This document shows positions 19,069 through 28,235 of a stretch of 64,000 nt of DNA, piece after piece. Source of the DNA: Gammaproteobacteria bacterium (GTDB lineage Bacteria; Pseudomonadota; Gammaproteobacteria; Pseudomonadales; Pseudohongiellaceae); contig JAURWS010000044.1 of NCBI GenBank assembly GCA_030654835.1, positions 4,964 through 68,963 on the forward strand. Direction: 5' to 3'. The stretch's first letter is position 1; each line of letters begins with the position of its first letter. A program made the position numbers and the translations under genes. Below the pieces are notes generated by a model. It made no database searches. It saw only the letters and a list, made by a program, of their open reading frames with translations, and had not been told where the DNA came from.

Positions 19069-19739
19069 TGGACTTGCTGGCCGCCTTCCTGCTCGGGCTG
19101 TTCAGTGCCCCGCATTGCCTGGCCATGTGCGGAGGCGTGGCCTCGGCGCTGCTGCTGGGCAGCGACGCGGCAGATGAGCGAGCGGCGCGGCGCCCGACAC
19201 CCATCGTCAACGCCTTATGGTTCGGCACCGGCAAGTTACTTGGCTACGGGGCGCTCGGGGCGCTGGCCGGCCTGACTGGAGCCGTGCTGAGTTCGTCGGG
19301 CACGGCTGCGGGGGCAGCGCTGCACTTACTCGCGGGGCTGCTGATGATCGGACTCGGTCTCTACATGACCGGCTGGTGGCTGGGCATTCGCCGCCTCGAA
19401 GCTCTGGGCGGGCGCCTCTGGCAGCCCGTTCTGCGCCTGCTGCGCGGGTTGCAACTGGGCAGCACCGGCAACAAACTCGCTGCCGGCCTGTTATGGGGCT
19501 TTCTCCCCTGCGGCATCGTTTACAGCATGCTGGCGCTTGCTCTCAGTGCAGGCAGCGCGGCGGCCGGCGCCGCCATCATGCTCAGCTTCGGCCTCGGTAC
19601 CCTGCCCTTCGTGCTGGGCAGCGGCGGCGTTCTGCTGGCAGCTGTGCCTCTGCTGCGTCAACAGCGCTGGCGCACGGTGGCGGGGATAGGGCTGATATTG
19701 TATGGCGCCTATGGCATTGCAATGACGCTAAAGCCATGA
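19068..19739 (+). CDS. TauE/SafE-like (DsbD_2-type) membrane protein
   Basis: Polytopic protein with an N-terminal HCLAMCGG motif. Found after ccoS, as in other gammaproteobacteria. Confidence 0.7.
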   Translation: MDLLAAFLLGLFSAPHCLAMCGGVASALLLGSDAADERAARRPTPIVNALWFGTGKLLGYGALGALAGLTGAVLSSSGTAAGAALHLLAGLLMIGLGLYMTGWWLGIRRLEALGGRLWQPVLRLLRGLQLGSTGNKLAAGLLWGFLPCGIVYSMLALALSAGSAAAGAAIMLSFGLGTLPFVLGSGGVLLAAVPLLRQQRWRTVAGIGLILYGAYGIAMTLKP

Positions 19740-19834
19740 ACAGAAAGAGTGTGGGCACAGCGATAACAATCACAAGAACAGACTTTCAAGAACAGACTTT
19801 CAAGAACAATAAGCAGTGAACAGGAGAGACGATA

Positions 19835-20434
19835 ATGAAGCACCTGATTGGCATGTTCAGCAACCCCCAGCAGGAATGGTCCAATATCCGCGACCGCAAT
19901 GATTCGGTGACTGGCCATTATTTGCACTATCTGGCGTGGATGGCTTTGTTGCCCCCTCTGGCCTGGTGGTATGGCGCGAGCCAGATCGGCTGGGAAATCG
20001 GCGGCCGAGTTATCCTGCTGACGCCGGAGTCTGCAGCTCAGATCATGAGCCTGTTCTATGTCGCCATTCTACTCAGCATCGCCTTCCTGGGAGCCATGAT
20101 TCACTGGATGGCCAAGACCTATGACGCCCGCAACGACGACGTCGCTCACGGCATCGGCGTGGCTGCCTACATGTGCGCGCCGATGTTTCTGATCGGGCTC
20201 ACCGGGCTTTACCCGGTGCTGTGGCTCGACATGGTGCTCGGCACGCTGGCGGCAGCGTATACGCTGTACCTGCTGTACATCGGCATTCCGATTGTCTATG
20301 CCATGCCGAAGGAGCGCGGCTTCCTGTTTGCCAGTGCCACGGTGGCGGTGGGACTGGTGTTGATGGTCGCCCTGCTCGGCGCCACGGTCATTCTCTGGGA
20401 GATGGGCGCCATGCCGGTCTTTACCGACGGCTGA
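19835..20434 (+). CDS. Yip1-family membrane protein
   Basis: MKHLIGMFSNPQQEWSNIRD.. followed by five hydrophobic helices. It closely resembles the Yip1/YohC-like proteins I recall from Pseudomonas. Confidence 0.75.
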   Translation: MKHLIGMFSNPQQEWSNIRDRNDSVTGHYLHYLAWMALLPPLAWWYGASQIGWEIGGRVILLTPESAAQIMSLFYVAILLSIAFLGAMIHWMAKTYDARNDDVAHGIGVAAYMCAPMFLIGLTGLYPVLWLDMVLGTLAAAYTLYLLYIGIPIVYAMPKERGFLFASATVAVGLVLMVALLGATVILWEMGAMPVFTDG

Positions 20435-20456
20435 ACCCAGACTAGACTCGCACGCC

Positions 20457-20957
20457 ATGAACCTGCTCGAATTCGAACACATCATCCAGATCAATGATCC
20501 GGACCAACCACTCGTCCCCCTGCTCAGCAGGCAGCAGCTGTGGGAGTGTCTGTTGTTCCGCGCCCGACACCCGGGTCATTTCAATCCGGCACTCAACAGT
20601 CGGCTGGAAAACATTTCCACGGCAGGCTTCGTGCGCTATCTGCAATTCGGCAAAATGGAGCTGAGGGACGAGGTGCTTCTGGTGCCGGGGCACGAGATTC
20701 GCACCAGCACGGCGGGCTCGGATCAACCTCTGTTTGCAGAGAGCATCACCCGTATCGAGGAACCGGCGCCAGAACAGTTGTTTGTGCGCTTCCTGTACCG
20801 TCGGGACTCTGCGAATAGAACAGGGAATGGACCCGACGGCATCGACGTCGACGAATACCTCAAGGCTGCCTATGTGCAGAACGATCGCGACGCCGTGTGC
20901 CTGATGCGTGAAATTGTCGGCAACGGCCTGCTCAGCAGCGGATCATGGCTCCAGTAG
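20457..20957 (+). CDS. hypothetical protein, tentatively DUF1857/SRPBCC-like
   Basis: 166-aa soluble ORF. The family assignment rests only on my recollection of the N-terminal pattern (..QLWECLLFRARHPGHF..). Confidence 0.5.
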   Translation: MNLLEFEHIIQINDPDQPLVPLLSRQQLWECLLFRARHPGHFNPALNSRLENISTAGFVRYLQFGKMELRDEVLLVPGHEIRTSTAGSDQPLFAESITRIEEPAPEQLFVRFLYRRDSANRTGNGPDGIDVDEYLKAAYVQNDRDAVCLMREIVGNGLLSSGSWLQ

Positions 20958-21575
20958 AACGCCCAGCGTATCGACGTAGCGCTGTTCGTTGATGGTCAGT
21001 GGTGTCAGGTAGCCCTCCAGCAGCGCGCGCACATCGGCATGGATCTGCGTCAGCGCGGCAATGCGGGCCTGTGAAGCGAAGTCAGCCTGCATCACCGCCC
21101 CCCACAGACTCAACATGGCCGAATCGATCAGTCGCACGCTGTTGTCCTTGGCCCATTCGGCTGAGATCAGGGCGCCCAGCTCCGCCATCTGCGCTGTCAC
21201 CAGCGCGTGCTCCTGCTCTGTGAGATCAAACAGCATATTCTCTTCAATGTCCTGCCACCCCGTCGGCATCAGCTCCCAGCCTTCGTAGAAACGCAACACC
21301 CAGGTCATGTATTGGACATCGGTCTGGACTACCTGATTGTCAGCGTCATCGCGGTAATAGTGCAGGAAATGGTGCTGCTCCGGCAAAGCTTCCGGCCAGC
21401 GTTCCAGCACGCGTGTACTGCTGCAGGCGGAAAGCATGGAAAGTGTGGAAAGTGTGACGGCCAGCAGCCTGACAATGGCGTGCCTGCACGGCTTGATAAG
21501 CGCCGAATGATAAAAGGTGATGCTGGGCGATGACGGCATGCGCGACTGACTCTCCCGCAAGGTGACAGAGGACAC
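20943..21575 (-). CDS. hypothetical lipoprotein
   Basis: Lipobox LSMLSAC after a hydrophobic segment. The start may be an internal M near 21539. Its 3' end overlaps the convergent upstream gene by 15 nt. Confidence 0.55.
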   Translation of the reverse strand: MSSVTLRESQSRMPSSPSITFYHSALIKPCRHAIVRLLAVTLSTLSMLSACSSTRVLERWPEALPEQHHFLHYYRDDADNQVVQTDVQYMTWVLRFYEGWELMPTGWQDIEENMLFDLTEQEHALVTAQMAELGALISAEWAKDNSVRLIDSAMLSLWGAVMQADFASQARIAALTQIHADVRALLEGYLTPLTINEQRYVDTLGVLLEP

Positions 21576-21588
21576 GATGATAACAGAG

Positions 21589-21921
21589 TCAGACGGATTC
21601 GATGATGCCCAGTCGAATGGCTTCCAGGGTAACCTCGGAGCGATTGGTCACTTGTAGTTTCGCATAGATGCTCTTCACATAACCCTTCGTCATAATTTCC
21701 CTGATGTTTTTCGCGCCCAGCGCGCGCTGGGAGGGGTCAATCTTCTTCGCGCACTTCGGCATCCCGCTGCTGTTCATGATCTTCGCAGGTTCCTTGCTGA
21801 GCCGATTCACCAGTGCGCTGGAGACTGCCGAAATACCGGCGGTGATCATTCCCTCGACTGCGGCCTTCAACCTGAACAGGATTCTGAAGGAGATTGTCAG
21901 CAACATCATCCATCGCGCCAA
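21589..21921 (-). pseudogene. possible remnant of a NarL/FixJ (LuxR-type HTH) response regulator
   Basis: The C-terminus GAKNIREIMTKGYVKSIYAKLQVTNRSEVTLEAIRLGII resembles a GerE/LuxR HTH but is several residues short in the helix-turn-helix. No receiver domain lies upstream. Confidence 0.35.
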
Positions 21922-21983
21922 AGAGATTGGTGCCAGCGTGAGCTGGCACTCAGAGCAGCATACCTGAGGGCATTGCAGCGCTT

Positions 21984-22097
21984 ATCGCGAGCGGGCTTTT
22001 ATGCCCTCGGGTACGCTCCCACGGGGTTAGGTGTGGGAGCGGGCCCTGCCCGCGATTGAATTCAACGGCAATCAATCGCGAGCAGGCTCGCTCCCAC
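21984..22097. repeat. cluster of three REP-like palindromic units
   Basis: The units are atcgcgagcgggc..gctcccac (21984-22022), gtgggagcgggccctgcccgcgat (22033-22056) and atcgcgagcaggctcgctcccac (22075-22097). They alternate in orientation and each has an internal stem. Confidence 0.7.
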
Positions 22098-22111
22098 AAC
22101 GCACACACGGT

Positions 22112-24274
22112 TCAGAACGTTTTGCGGATCCTCAGCGAAATCTTACGACCGCTGCCGCTGCAGGAATTTTCGATCTCTTCCAGCACGCCTGCTGACGTTC
22201 TGCCGTCGAAGCGCGTCCGCACATTGCAGCGCTCACTGTCGAGGAAGTTCATGGACTCAAGCCGGAACGACGTGCCCCCGAATGCCCGCTTCTCGATAAA
22301 CACCATCATGTTATTGCTGGAGTCGTAGGAAACGATGTCATCAATGTCGATGCGCTTGTTGTTACCGGAGATCGGCGAGTTGTAGTTGAATCCGTAGCTC
22401 AGGCTCTGCGCGCCGACATCGTGGCGGAAGCCGACGCTGTAGAAGCCCCTGCCCCCCATCGCCAGACGCCGCTCCTGCTGCAGAAACGGATCCATCACCT
22501 CGGTGTCCTGCACCTGCAGTCCCGCCGTCAGCATTGCATCGGGCACACCGATAAAACCAAAGCGCACACTCGCATCGATGTCTATGCCGTAACGCCAGGC
22601 GTCGCCAATATTGCCCGGCGCAGATACCAGACTGGTGGGGCTGCCGGAAATATCCACGCGGTCTATTGCGTCCTGAATGTCGTGATAGAAAAAGCGTGTG
22701 TTTAGCACTCCACCATCCTGCGGCAGGCGATACTCCATGTTGAACTCGTAGCGCCAGGACTGCTCCTGCACCAGATCCGGGTTGCCGGCATCGGCGTCCT
22801 GTTCGTCATCCATATTATCGGTGCGCGCCACAAAGTCGCTGAAACTCAGTTGCGAAACGTATTTTTCCACGGAAGCCCGTAGCTGAAACGATGAGGTCAC
22901 ATCGAAGCGATAATCCGCGCGTGGCCGCAGGAAGTCGAAGTCACGACTCTTGTCGACACCCACGCCGTTCTGCGCAATCCCTGACTGTTCAAGAATCAAT
23001 GAACTCTCCAGCGTCATGCGATCGCTGAGCTGCCAGTTGTGCATGGCAAATGCTTCGTAGCGAATCTCTTCGACGGTCGATTCGGCGTTCGGCAATGTAA
23101 TCGGCGTCAGCCCGCCGTGAGCGGCGGAGCGGATTCCGGAGGAGCTCAACACGGCATAGCGCAGATTCGAATCGAGAATTGTCTGTGCGCGTTCAATGCC
23201 CAGCTCCAGCCCCTGCGTGTCATTCAGACTCCAGCTGTAAGAGGTGCGGGCAATGCGTTCGCGATCCCGGCGGGCCGAATCGATATAGAGATTCTTGGTC
23301 GCATCGACGTCGGCTACGACAAAACGCTCGCGGGTGCTGTCATTCACGCCATCGTTGACGATGAAGAGAAATTTGTAGCGGCCGCCGTTCTGGAACTCGT
23401 GTTCGTAATCGCCGCCCACTTCCCAGCTGTTGCGCTCGGCAGCGATGTCCTCACGTTCCAGTCTGTACTGAAACGGTGTGGTATTGAAGTCAGTGATTCT
23501 GCGCTCGACTGCGCTGGGTGGATTGGATTCATTCCAGGAAGCGTTGAACCGCACGTCATCAAACTCGCCCAACTGATAGCCCATGCTGGCACTGACCTGG
23601 GTCGAAGTCTCCTCGCGGATGTCGATCTGATGCACGTAATCATTCGGAGAAAAATCGCCATTGATCGCGTAGTCCTTGCGATAGCGATTCTCATAGCGCG
23701 GCTCGGATTCGACGCTGAAGCGGTAGTCCAGCGCTCCGCTCTGAGCGCCATAAGACAGTGATCCGCCTGGCTTGAAGGTGTCATCGTCATACAGATCGGC
23801 ATTCACCTCGGCAGTCAGACTGGAGCGGGATTCCGCCTCCAGCAGCACGATATTGACCACTGGTCCGGCACTGCGCACGTCGAGTTCGTTGGAGGTGCCA
23901 CGAATGATTTCAATGTAGGAAACCTGACTGGCGGAGATGCGCGACAACTGACTTGAGCCCTCATTCTCTTTGCCTGCCACGCGCTTGCCGTCGATCAGAA
24001 TCTGATCCCCAGCGCCGAGGCCACGGCTGTTGCCGCCACCACCATTGCCATTGAGGGCGAGACCGATACCGGGAATGCGATTGAGCATGTCGTTGACGGA
24101 AACCGGTGAGTATTGCGCGAAGTAGTCGGCCTCGTAGCGGACCGTGGAATCGCTTGCAGTGGCCACATCAGTCGGGGACTGCGCCAGCGTCTGGCTGGCA
24201 ATTGCGGCGGCGGACAACAAGAGGGCAAGACGGATACTGTGAACCAAGTTTTTGTGCGTTGTTCCAGATTGCAA
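22112..24274 (-). CDS. TonB-dependent receptor
   Basis: TTG start at 24274 with AAGGAG 9 nt upstream. Signal peptide ..IRLALLLSAAAIASQTLAQS, plug ..DQILIDGKRVAGK.., terminal ..LRIRKTF. The rest of the 1142-aa track ORF is antisense to the next gene. Confidence 0.85.
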   Translation of the reverse strand: MQSGTTHKNLVHSIRLALLLSAAAIASQTLAQSPTDVATASDSTVRYEADYFAQYSPVSVNDMLNRIPGIGLALNGNGGGGNSRGLGAGDQILIDGKRVAGKENEGSSQLSRISASQVSYIEIIRGTSNELDVRSAGPVVNIVLLEAESRSSLTAEVNADLYDDDTFKPGGSLSYGAQSGALDYRFSVESEPRYENRYRKDYAINGDFSPNDYVHQIDIREETSTQVSASMGYQLGEFDDVRFNASWNESNPPSAVERRITDFNTTPFQYRLEREDIAAERNSWEVGGDYEHEFQNGGRYKFLFIVNDGVNDSTRERFVVADVDATKNLYIDSARRDRERIARTSYSWSLNDTQGLELGIERAQTILDSNLRYAVLSSSGIRSAAHGGLTPITLPNAESTVEEIRYEAFAMHNWQLSDRMTLESSLILEQSGIAQNGVGVDKSRDFDFLRPRADYRFDVTSSFQLRASVEKYVSQLSFSDFVARTDNMDDEQDADAGNPDLVQEQSWRYEFNMEYRLPQDGGVLNTRFFYHDIQDAIDRVDISGSPTSLVSAPGNIGDAWRYGIDIDASVRFGFIGVPDAMLTAGLQVQDTEVMDPFLQQERRLAMGGRGFYSVGFRHDVGAQSLSYGFNYNSPISGNNKRIDIDDIVSYDSSNNMMVFIEKRAFGGTSFRLESMNFLDSERCNVRTRFDGRTSAGVLEEIENSCSGSGRKISLRIRKTF

Positions 24275-24601
24275 CGGTGTGCGCTCCTTTGAATAAGATG
24301 ATCCCTGGATACTGCTGATACCGATTCTGGTGGCGGCTTGGTGAACTGCGGGGCATGCGGGAAAACGACCCCAAGGCTCGGAGTGTAGCGCAGACCAGCG
24401 GTGCAATACCGTCACAAATTGTGAGGCGAATCTGACAGATTGGACACAATTGCCACGCTGTTGGTTATTTCCTCCGTTGGCGCCCGGCTCCCGGGGCGGT
24501 TGTTTCGATGGCGGAAAGGTGCTTGAATCCGCCCCACACGGGCCTGCCGGGCCACCGCATTCGGCCTTATCGTCAGGCCACACAAACGCAAGAGGTAGAC
24601 C

Positions 24602-26599
24602 ATGAGCGCGAGCATCCCCTCCTGCCAGCACTGGCGCAGCAAACGTGACAGCGACGACATTCTCTGGCTGTTCCTCGATCGTCAGGGAGAGTCGGTCAAT
24701 GCACTCTCCCGCGCAGTGCTGCAGGAATTCGACAGCCTCATCGCCTATGCCACACAACACCTGCCGCGCGGCGTTGCGATTCTCTCTGGCAAATCCAGCG
24801 GCTTCATCCTGGGCGCCGATATTCGTGAATTTGGTAACCTCACCGATCCCGTCGAGGTCACCCAGGCGATTTCCCAAGTGCACGACATGTTCACGCGCCT
24901 CGAACGCCTGTCCTGCCCGACAGTTGCGGCGTTCGATGGCTACTGTCTGGGGGGTGGTCTGGAGCTGGCACTCAGTTGCAGCTACCGGATTGCGCGCGAT
25001 GTACCTGCTACCAAGATCGGATTCCCCGAGATCCAGCTCGGCATCTTCCCGGGCTTTGGTGGCTCTGCGCGCTCGGTGAGCCAGATCGGCGGGCTGAAGG
25101 CGATGGAACTGATGCTTTCCGCTCGCCAGGTCAATGCCCGGCAGGCGCGGGCGCTGGGACTGGTGGACGAGGTCATCGGACGCCACGAAGAACTGTATTG
25201 GGCCGCCCGCCGCGCCATTCTGACCAAGCGCCGCAGCCGTGGGCCGAGCCTGCTGGGTAGACTCAGCAATCTGGCACCGGCCCGCAGGCTGCTGGCTCAG
25301 CAGATGCGCAAGCAGACAGCACTGCGCGCACGCGAAGCTCATTATCCGGCGCCTTATCGATTGATCGACACCTGGGAGCGGTACGGTGGTGATCGCGCCG
25401 TCATGATGAAGGAGGAGGCACGGGCCGTCGGACGGCTGATGGTGACGCCACAGGCGGCGGGACTGCGACACGTCTTCGGCCTGATGGATCGCCTGAAGAA
25501 AGAAGGCAAGCAAAGCGAATTTCGCGCCCGCCGTGTGCATGTCGTTGGCGCTGGCGTGATGGGCGGGGATATTGCCGCCTGGTGTGTGCTGCAGGGGCTG
25601 GAGGTGAGCCTGCAGGACCGCGAGATGAAGTACATCGAGCCTGCACTCAAGCGCGCAGAGACCCTGTTCCGCAAGAAACGGCTCGATCCCGCCGCTGTCA
25701 GAGCAGCGCTGGACAGACTGCGCCCGGACGTCAACGGTGACCTGGTGTCACAGGCCGACGTGGTGATTGAGGTCATCGTCGAGCGCCTCGACGCCAAGCA
25801 GGCGCTACTGCGCAGCCTTGAGCCGCGCCTGAAGGCAGGCGCGGTGCTGGCGACCAATACCTCCTCGATTCCGCTGGAGGAACTCGCGACGGCTCTGCAG
25901 CAGCCGGAGCGCCTGATCGGACTGCACTTCTTCAACCCGGTCGCGAAGATGCCACTGGTGGAAGTAGTCAGGGGCACCAACAGTGACGAGGAAATGCTGC
26001 GCAAAGGGGCGGCATTCTGCGGCCAGATCAACCGTTATCCGCTGCCGGTGAAAAGCAGCCCAGGCTTTCTCGTCAATCGCATACTCGCCCCCTACATGCT
26101 GGAGGCACTGATCATTCATCAGGAAGGCATACCTATAGAAGCCATCGATGCCGCCGCCGAAGAGTTCGGCATGCCCATGGGGCCGGTCGAACTGGCCGAC
26201 ACCGTGGGTCTGGACGTCTGCCTCATGGTCATGAACACACTGGGGCAGCGTGGCGATCAAGCTGATCGCAACCCATTGATTGCAAAGGCCACAGAACAGA
26301 TTCGCGAGCTTGCAGATAAAGGTAGCCTGGGACGCAAGACCGGTCAGGGCTTTTACCGCTGGGAGCAGGACAAAGCCAGCAAACATCGGGAAAAGGCCGC
26401 CGGGCAGGACTTGCAAGCTATCGGCGCACGGCTGATCAAGGCCTACACGGACGAATGCGTGAAAGCGCTGGCCGATGGCATCGTCACCGACGCCGATCTT
26501 CTGGATGCGGGAATGGTCTTCGGCACGGGCTTCGCGCCATTTCGCGGTGGCCCCATGCACTACCTCAATGTTTTGGCGGGAGAACATCAGCATGACTGA
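24602..26599 (+). CDS. bifunctional enoyl-CoA hydratase / 3-hydroxyacyl-CoA dehydrogenase (FadB/FadJ-like)
   Basis: N-terminal crotonase fold (..GFILGADIREF..CLGGGLELAL..) followed by an NAD-binding VHVVGAGVMGGDIA dehydrogenase domain. Confidence 0.88.
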   Translation: MSASIPSCQHWRSKRDSDDILWLFLDRQGESVNALSRAVLQEFDSLIAYATQHLPRGVAILSGKSSGFILGADIREFGNLTDPVEVTQAISQVHDMFTRLERLSCPTVAAFDGYCLGGGLELALSCSYRIARDVPATKIGFPEIQLGIFPGFGGSARSVSQIGGLKAMELMLSARQVNARQARALGLVDEVIGRHEELYWAARRAILTKRRSRGPSLLGRLSNLAPARRLLAQQMRKQTALRAREAHYPAPYRLIDTWERYGGDRAVMMKEEARAVGRLMVTPQAAGLRHVFGLMDRLKKEGKQSEFRARRVHVVGAGVMGGDIAAWCVLQGLEVSLQDREMKYIEPALKRAETLFRKKRLDPAAVRAALDRLRPDVNGDLVSQADVVIEVIVERLDAKQALLRSLEPRLKAGAVLATNTSSIPLEELATALQQPERLIGLHFFNPVAKMPLVEVVRGTNSDEEMLRKGAAFCGQINRYPLPVKSSPGFLVNRILAPYMLEALIIHQEGIPIEAIDAAAEEFGMPMGPVELADTVGLDVCLMVMNTLGQRGDQADRNPLIAKATEQIRELADKGSLGRKTGQGFYRWEQDKASKHREKAAGQDLQAIGARLIKAYTDECVKALADGIVTDADLLDAGMVFGTGFAPFRGGPMHYLNVLAGEHQHD

Positions 26600-27869
26600 A
26601 TTGAAACGGGTAGCCATCATCGGAGGCACGCGCATTCCGTTCTGTCGTTCCAATACGGCATACGCGAACCTTAGCAACCTCGACATGTTGGCGGATACGC
26701 TGCAGAACCTGGTCGACCGCTATGGGCTCACCGGCCGCAAGATCGACGAGGTGATTGCTGGCGCTGTGACCACACATTCCCGTGACTGGAACCTGGCACG
26801 CGAGGCGGTACTCAGCACCAGCCTGTCACCCGCCACGCCGGGCACCACACTGCAGATGGCCTGCGGCACCTCCTTGCAGGCCGCCATGCTCTGCGCCGGA
26901 CGGATTGCCAGCGGGCAGATCGATTGTGCAATTGCCGCCGGTTCGGACACGACCAGTGATGTCCCTCTGGTGTTCCAGCGGCGCTTCGCACAGCGCCTGG
27001 TAAAAGCCGGACAGGCGCGCGATGTCATGGGGCGTTTGCGGGCCTTCAAAGGCTTCCGCCTGGGAGAGCTCAGTCCACAGGCTCCCGCGAATGGAGAGCC
27101 GCGCACGCGCCTGTCCATGGGCGAGCATTGCGAGTTGATGGCGAAACAGTGGGGAATCACCCGTGCTGAGCAGGATCGGTTGGCACTGGAGAGTCACCAG
27201 AAAGCCGCTCAGGCCTATCAGGAAGGTTTCTTTGACGATCTCGTGAGCCCCTATAACGGTGTTGCACGCGACAACAATCTGCGCGCCGACAGCAGCCTCG
27301 AAAAACTCTCCACCCTCAAGACCGTCTTCGACCGCACCGCCAATGGCACGCTGACAGCAGGCAACAGCACACCCCTGACCGATGGCGCATCCGCCGTGTT
27401 CCTTGCCAGTGAGGAGTATGCACTGACCAATGGCCTGCAGGTCCAGGCCTGGCTGACCCATGCCCGCACGTCCGCCGTGGACTACGTGGGCGGTGAAGGC
27501 TTGCTGATGGCGCCCACTGTGGCGGTGAGTGAACTGTTGAAAGCGTCCGGACTGAGCCTCCAGGATTTTGATTTCTACGAAATTCATGAGGCGTTCGCCG
27601 CACAGGTGCTCTGCACGCTGAAGGCGTGGGAGAGTGAAGAATTCTGCCGCAACACGCTCAGGCTGAGCGGCCCGTTGGGTGCCATTGACCGCAATCGCCT
27701 GAATGTCAGAGGCAGTTCGCTCGCGCTTGGCCACCCCTTTGCCGCCACCGGAGCGCGCATTCTCGCCACCCTGTCCAAGCTTCTGCAGAATGAAAATTCG
27801 GGCCGAGGGTTGATATCCATATGTACTGCAGGGGGAATGGGAGCGGCAGCGATCCTCGAAAAGGCCTGA
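26592..27869 (+). CDS. acetyl-CoA C-acyltransferase (thiolase, FadA/FadI-like)
   Basis: MTELKRVAIIGGTRIPFCRS.., active-site contexts ..LQMACGTSLQA.. and ..SICTAGGMG.. The start overlaps the upstream stop (ATGACTGA). Confidence 0.88.
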   Translation: MTELKRVAIIGGTRIPFCRSNTAYANLSNLDMLADTLQNLVDRYGLTGRKIDEVIAGAVTTHSRDWNLAREAVLSTSLSPATPGTTLQMACGTSLQAAMLCAGRIASGQIDCAIAAGSDTTSDVPLVFQRRFAQRLVKAGQARDVMGRLRAFKGFRLGELSPQAPANGEPRTRLSMGEHCELMAKQWGITRAEQDRLALESHQKAAQAYQEGFFDDLVSPYNGVARDNNLRADSSLEKLSTLKTVFDRTANGTLTAGNSTPLTDGASAVFLASEEYALTNGLQVQAWLTHARTSAVDYVGGEGLLMAPTVAVSELLKASGLSLQDFDFYEIHEAFAAQVLCTLKAWESEEFCRNTLRLSGPLGAIDRNRLNVRGSSLALGHPFAATGARILATLSKLLQNENSGRGLISICTAGGMGAAAILEKA

Positions 27870-28235
27870 GAATCGCTTCTACCAGACAGAAATGTCCGGC
27901 AGCTTGATCTAAGTCATATAATGATCTAACAGCCTTGATGCCGCGCCAGTCTTTAATGAATAATCGCGCCACTATTCAGGAACGGCTTTAGCAAGGCACC
28001 GCCATGGAATGGTGACAAGAAGATAAATGCAGGACCCGCACGAGAGGAGAGAAACGAGCACACCTGCCTGGAAAGGAACCACGTTCCGCCGGTCATTGAG
28101 ATTGGCGCCAGGGGAGGGGGCAGAAAAGCAATAGAAAATCAGGATGCTTGCGAGAGCGCTCAAGTCCTGATTCAATTGCGCACGTGACGCTCGTTTCAAC
28201 AAGATAACGCAATGGTACTCTGGGAGAGAAAGTCG

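Noticed and set aside
22112-25540. 1142-aa ORF in the supplied track
   Set aside because: It is chimeric. Only 22112-24274 encodes the TonB receptor (SD plus TTG start, then a signal peptide). The upstream 1.2 kb is low-complexity translation that crosses the intergenic region and runs antisense to the fadJ-like gene.
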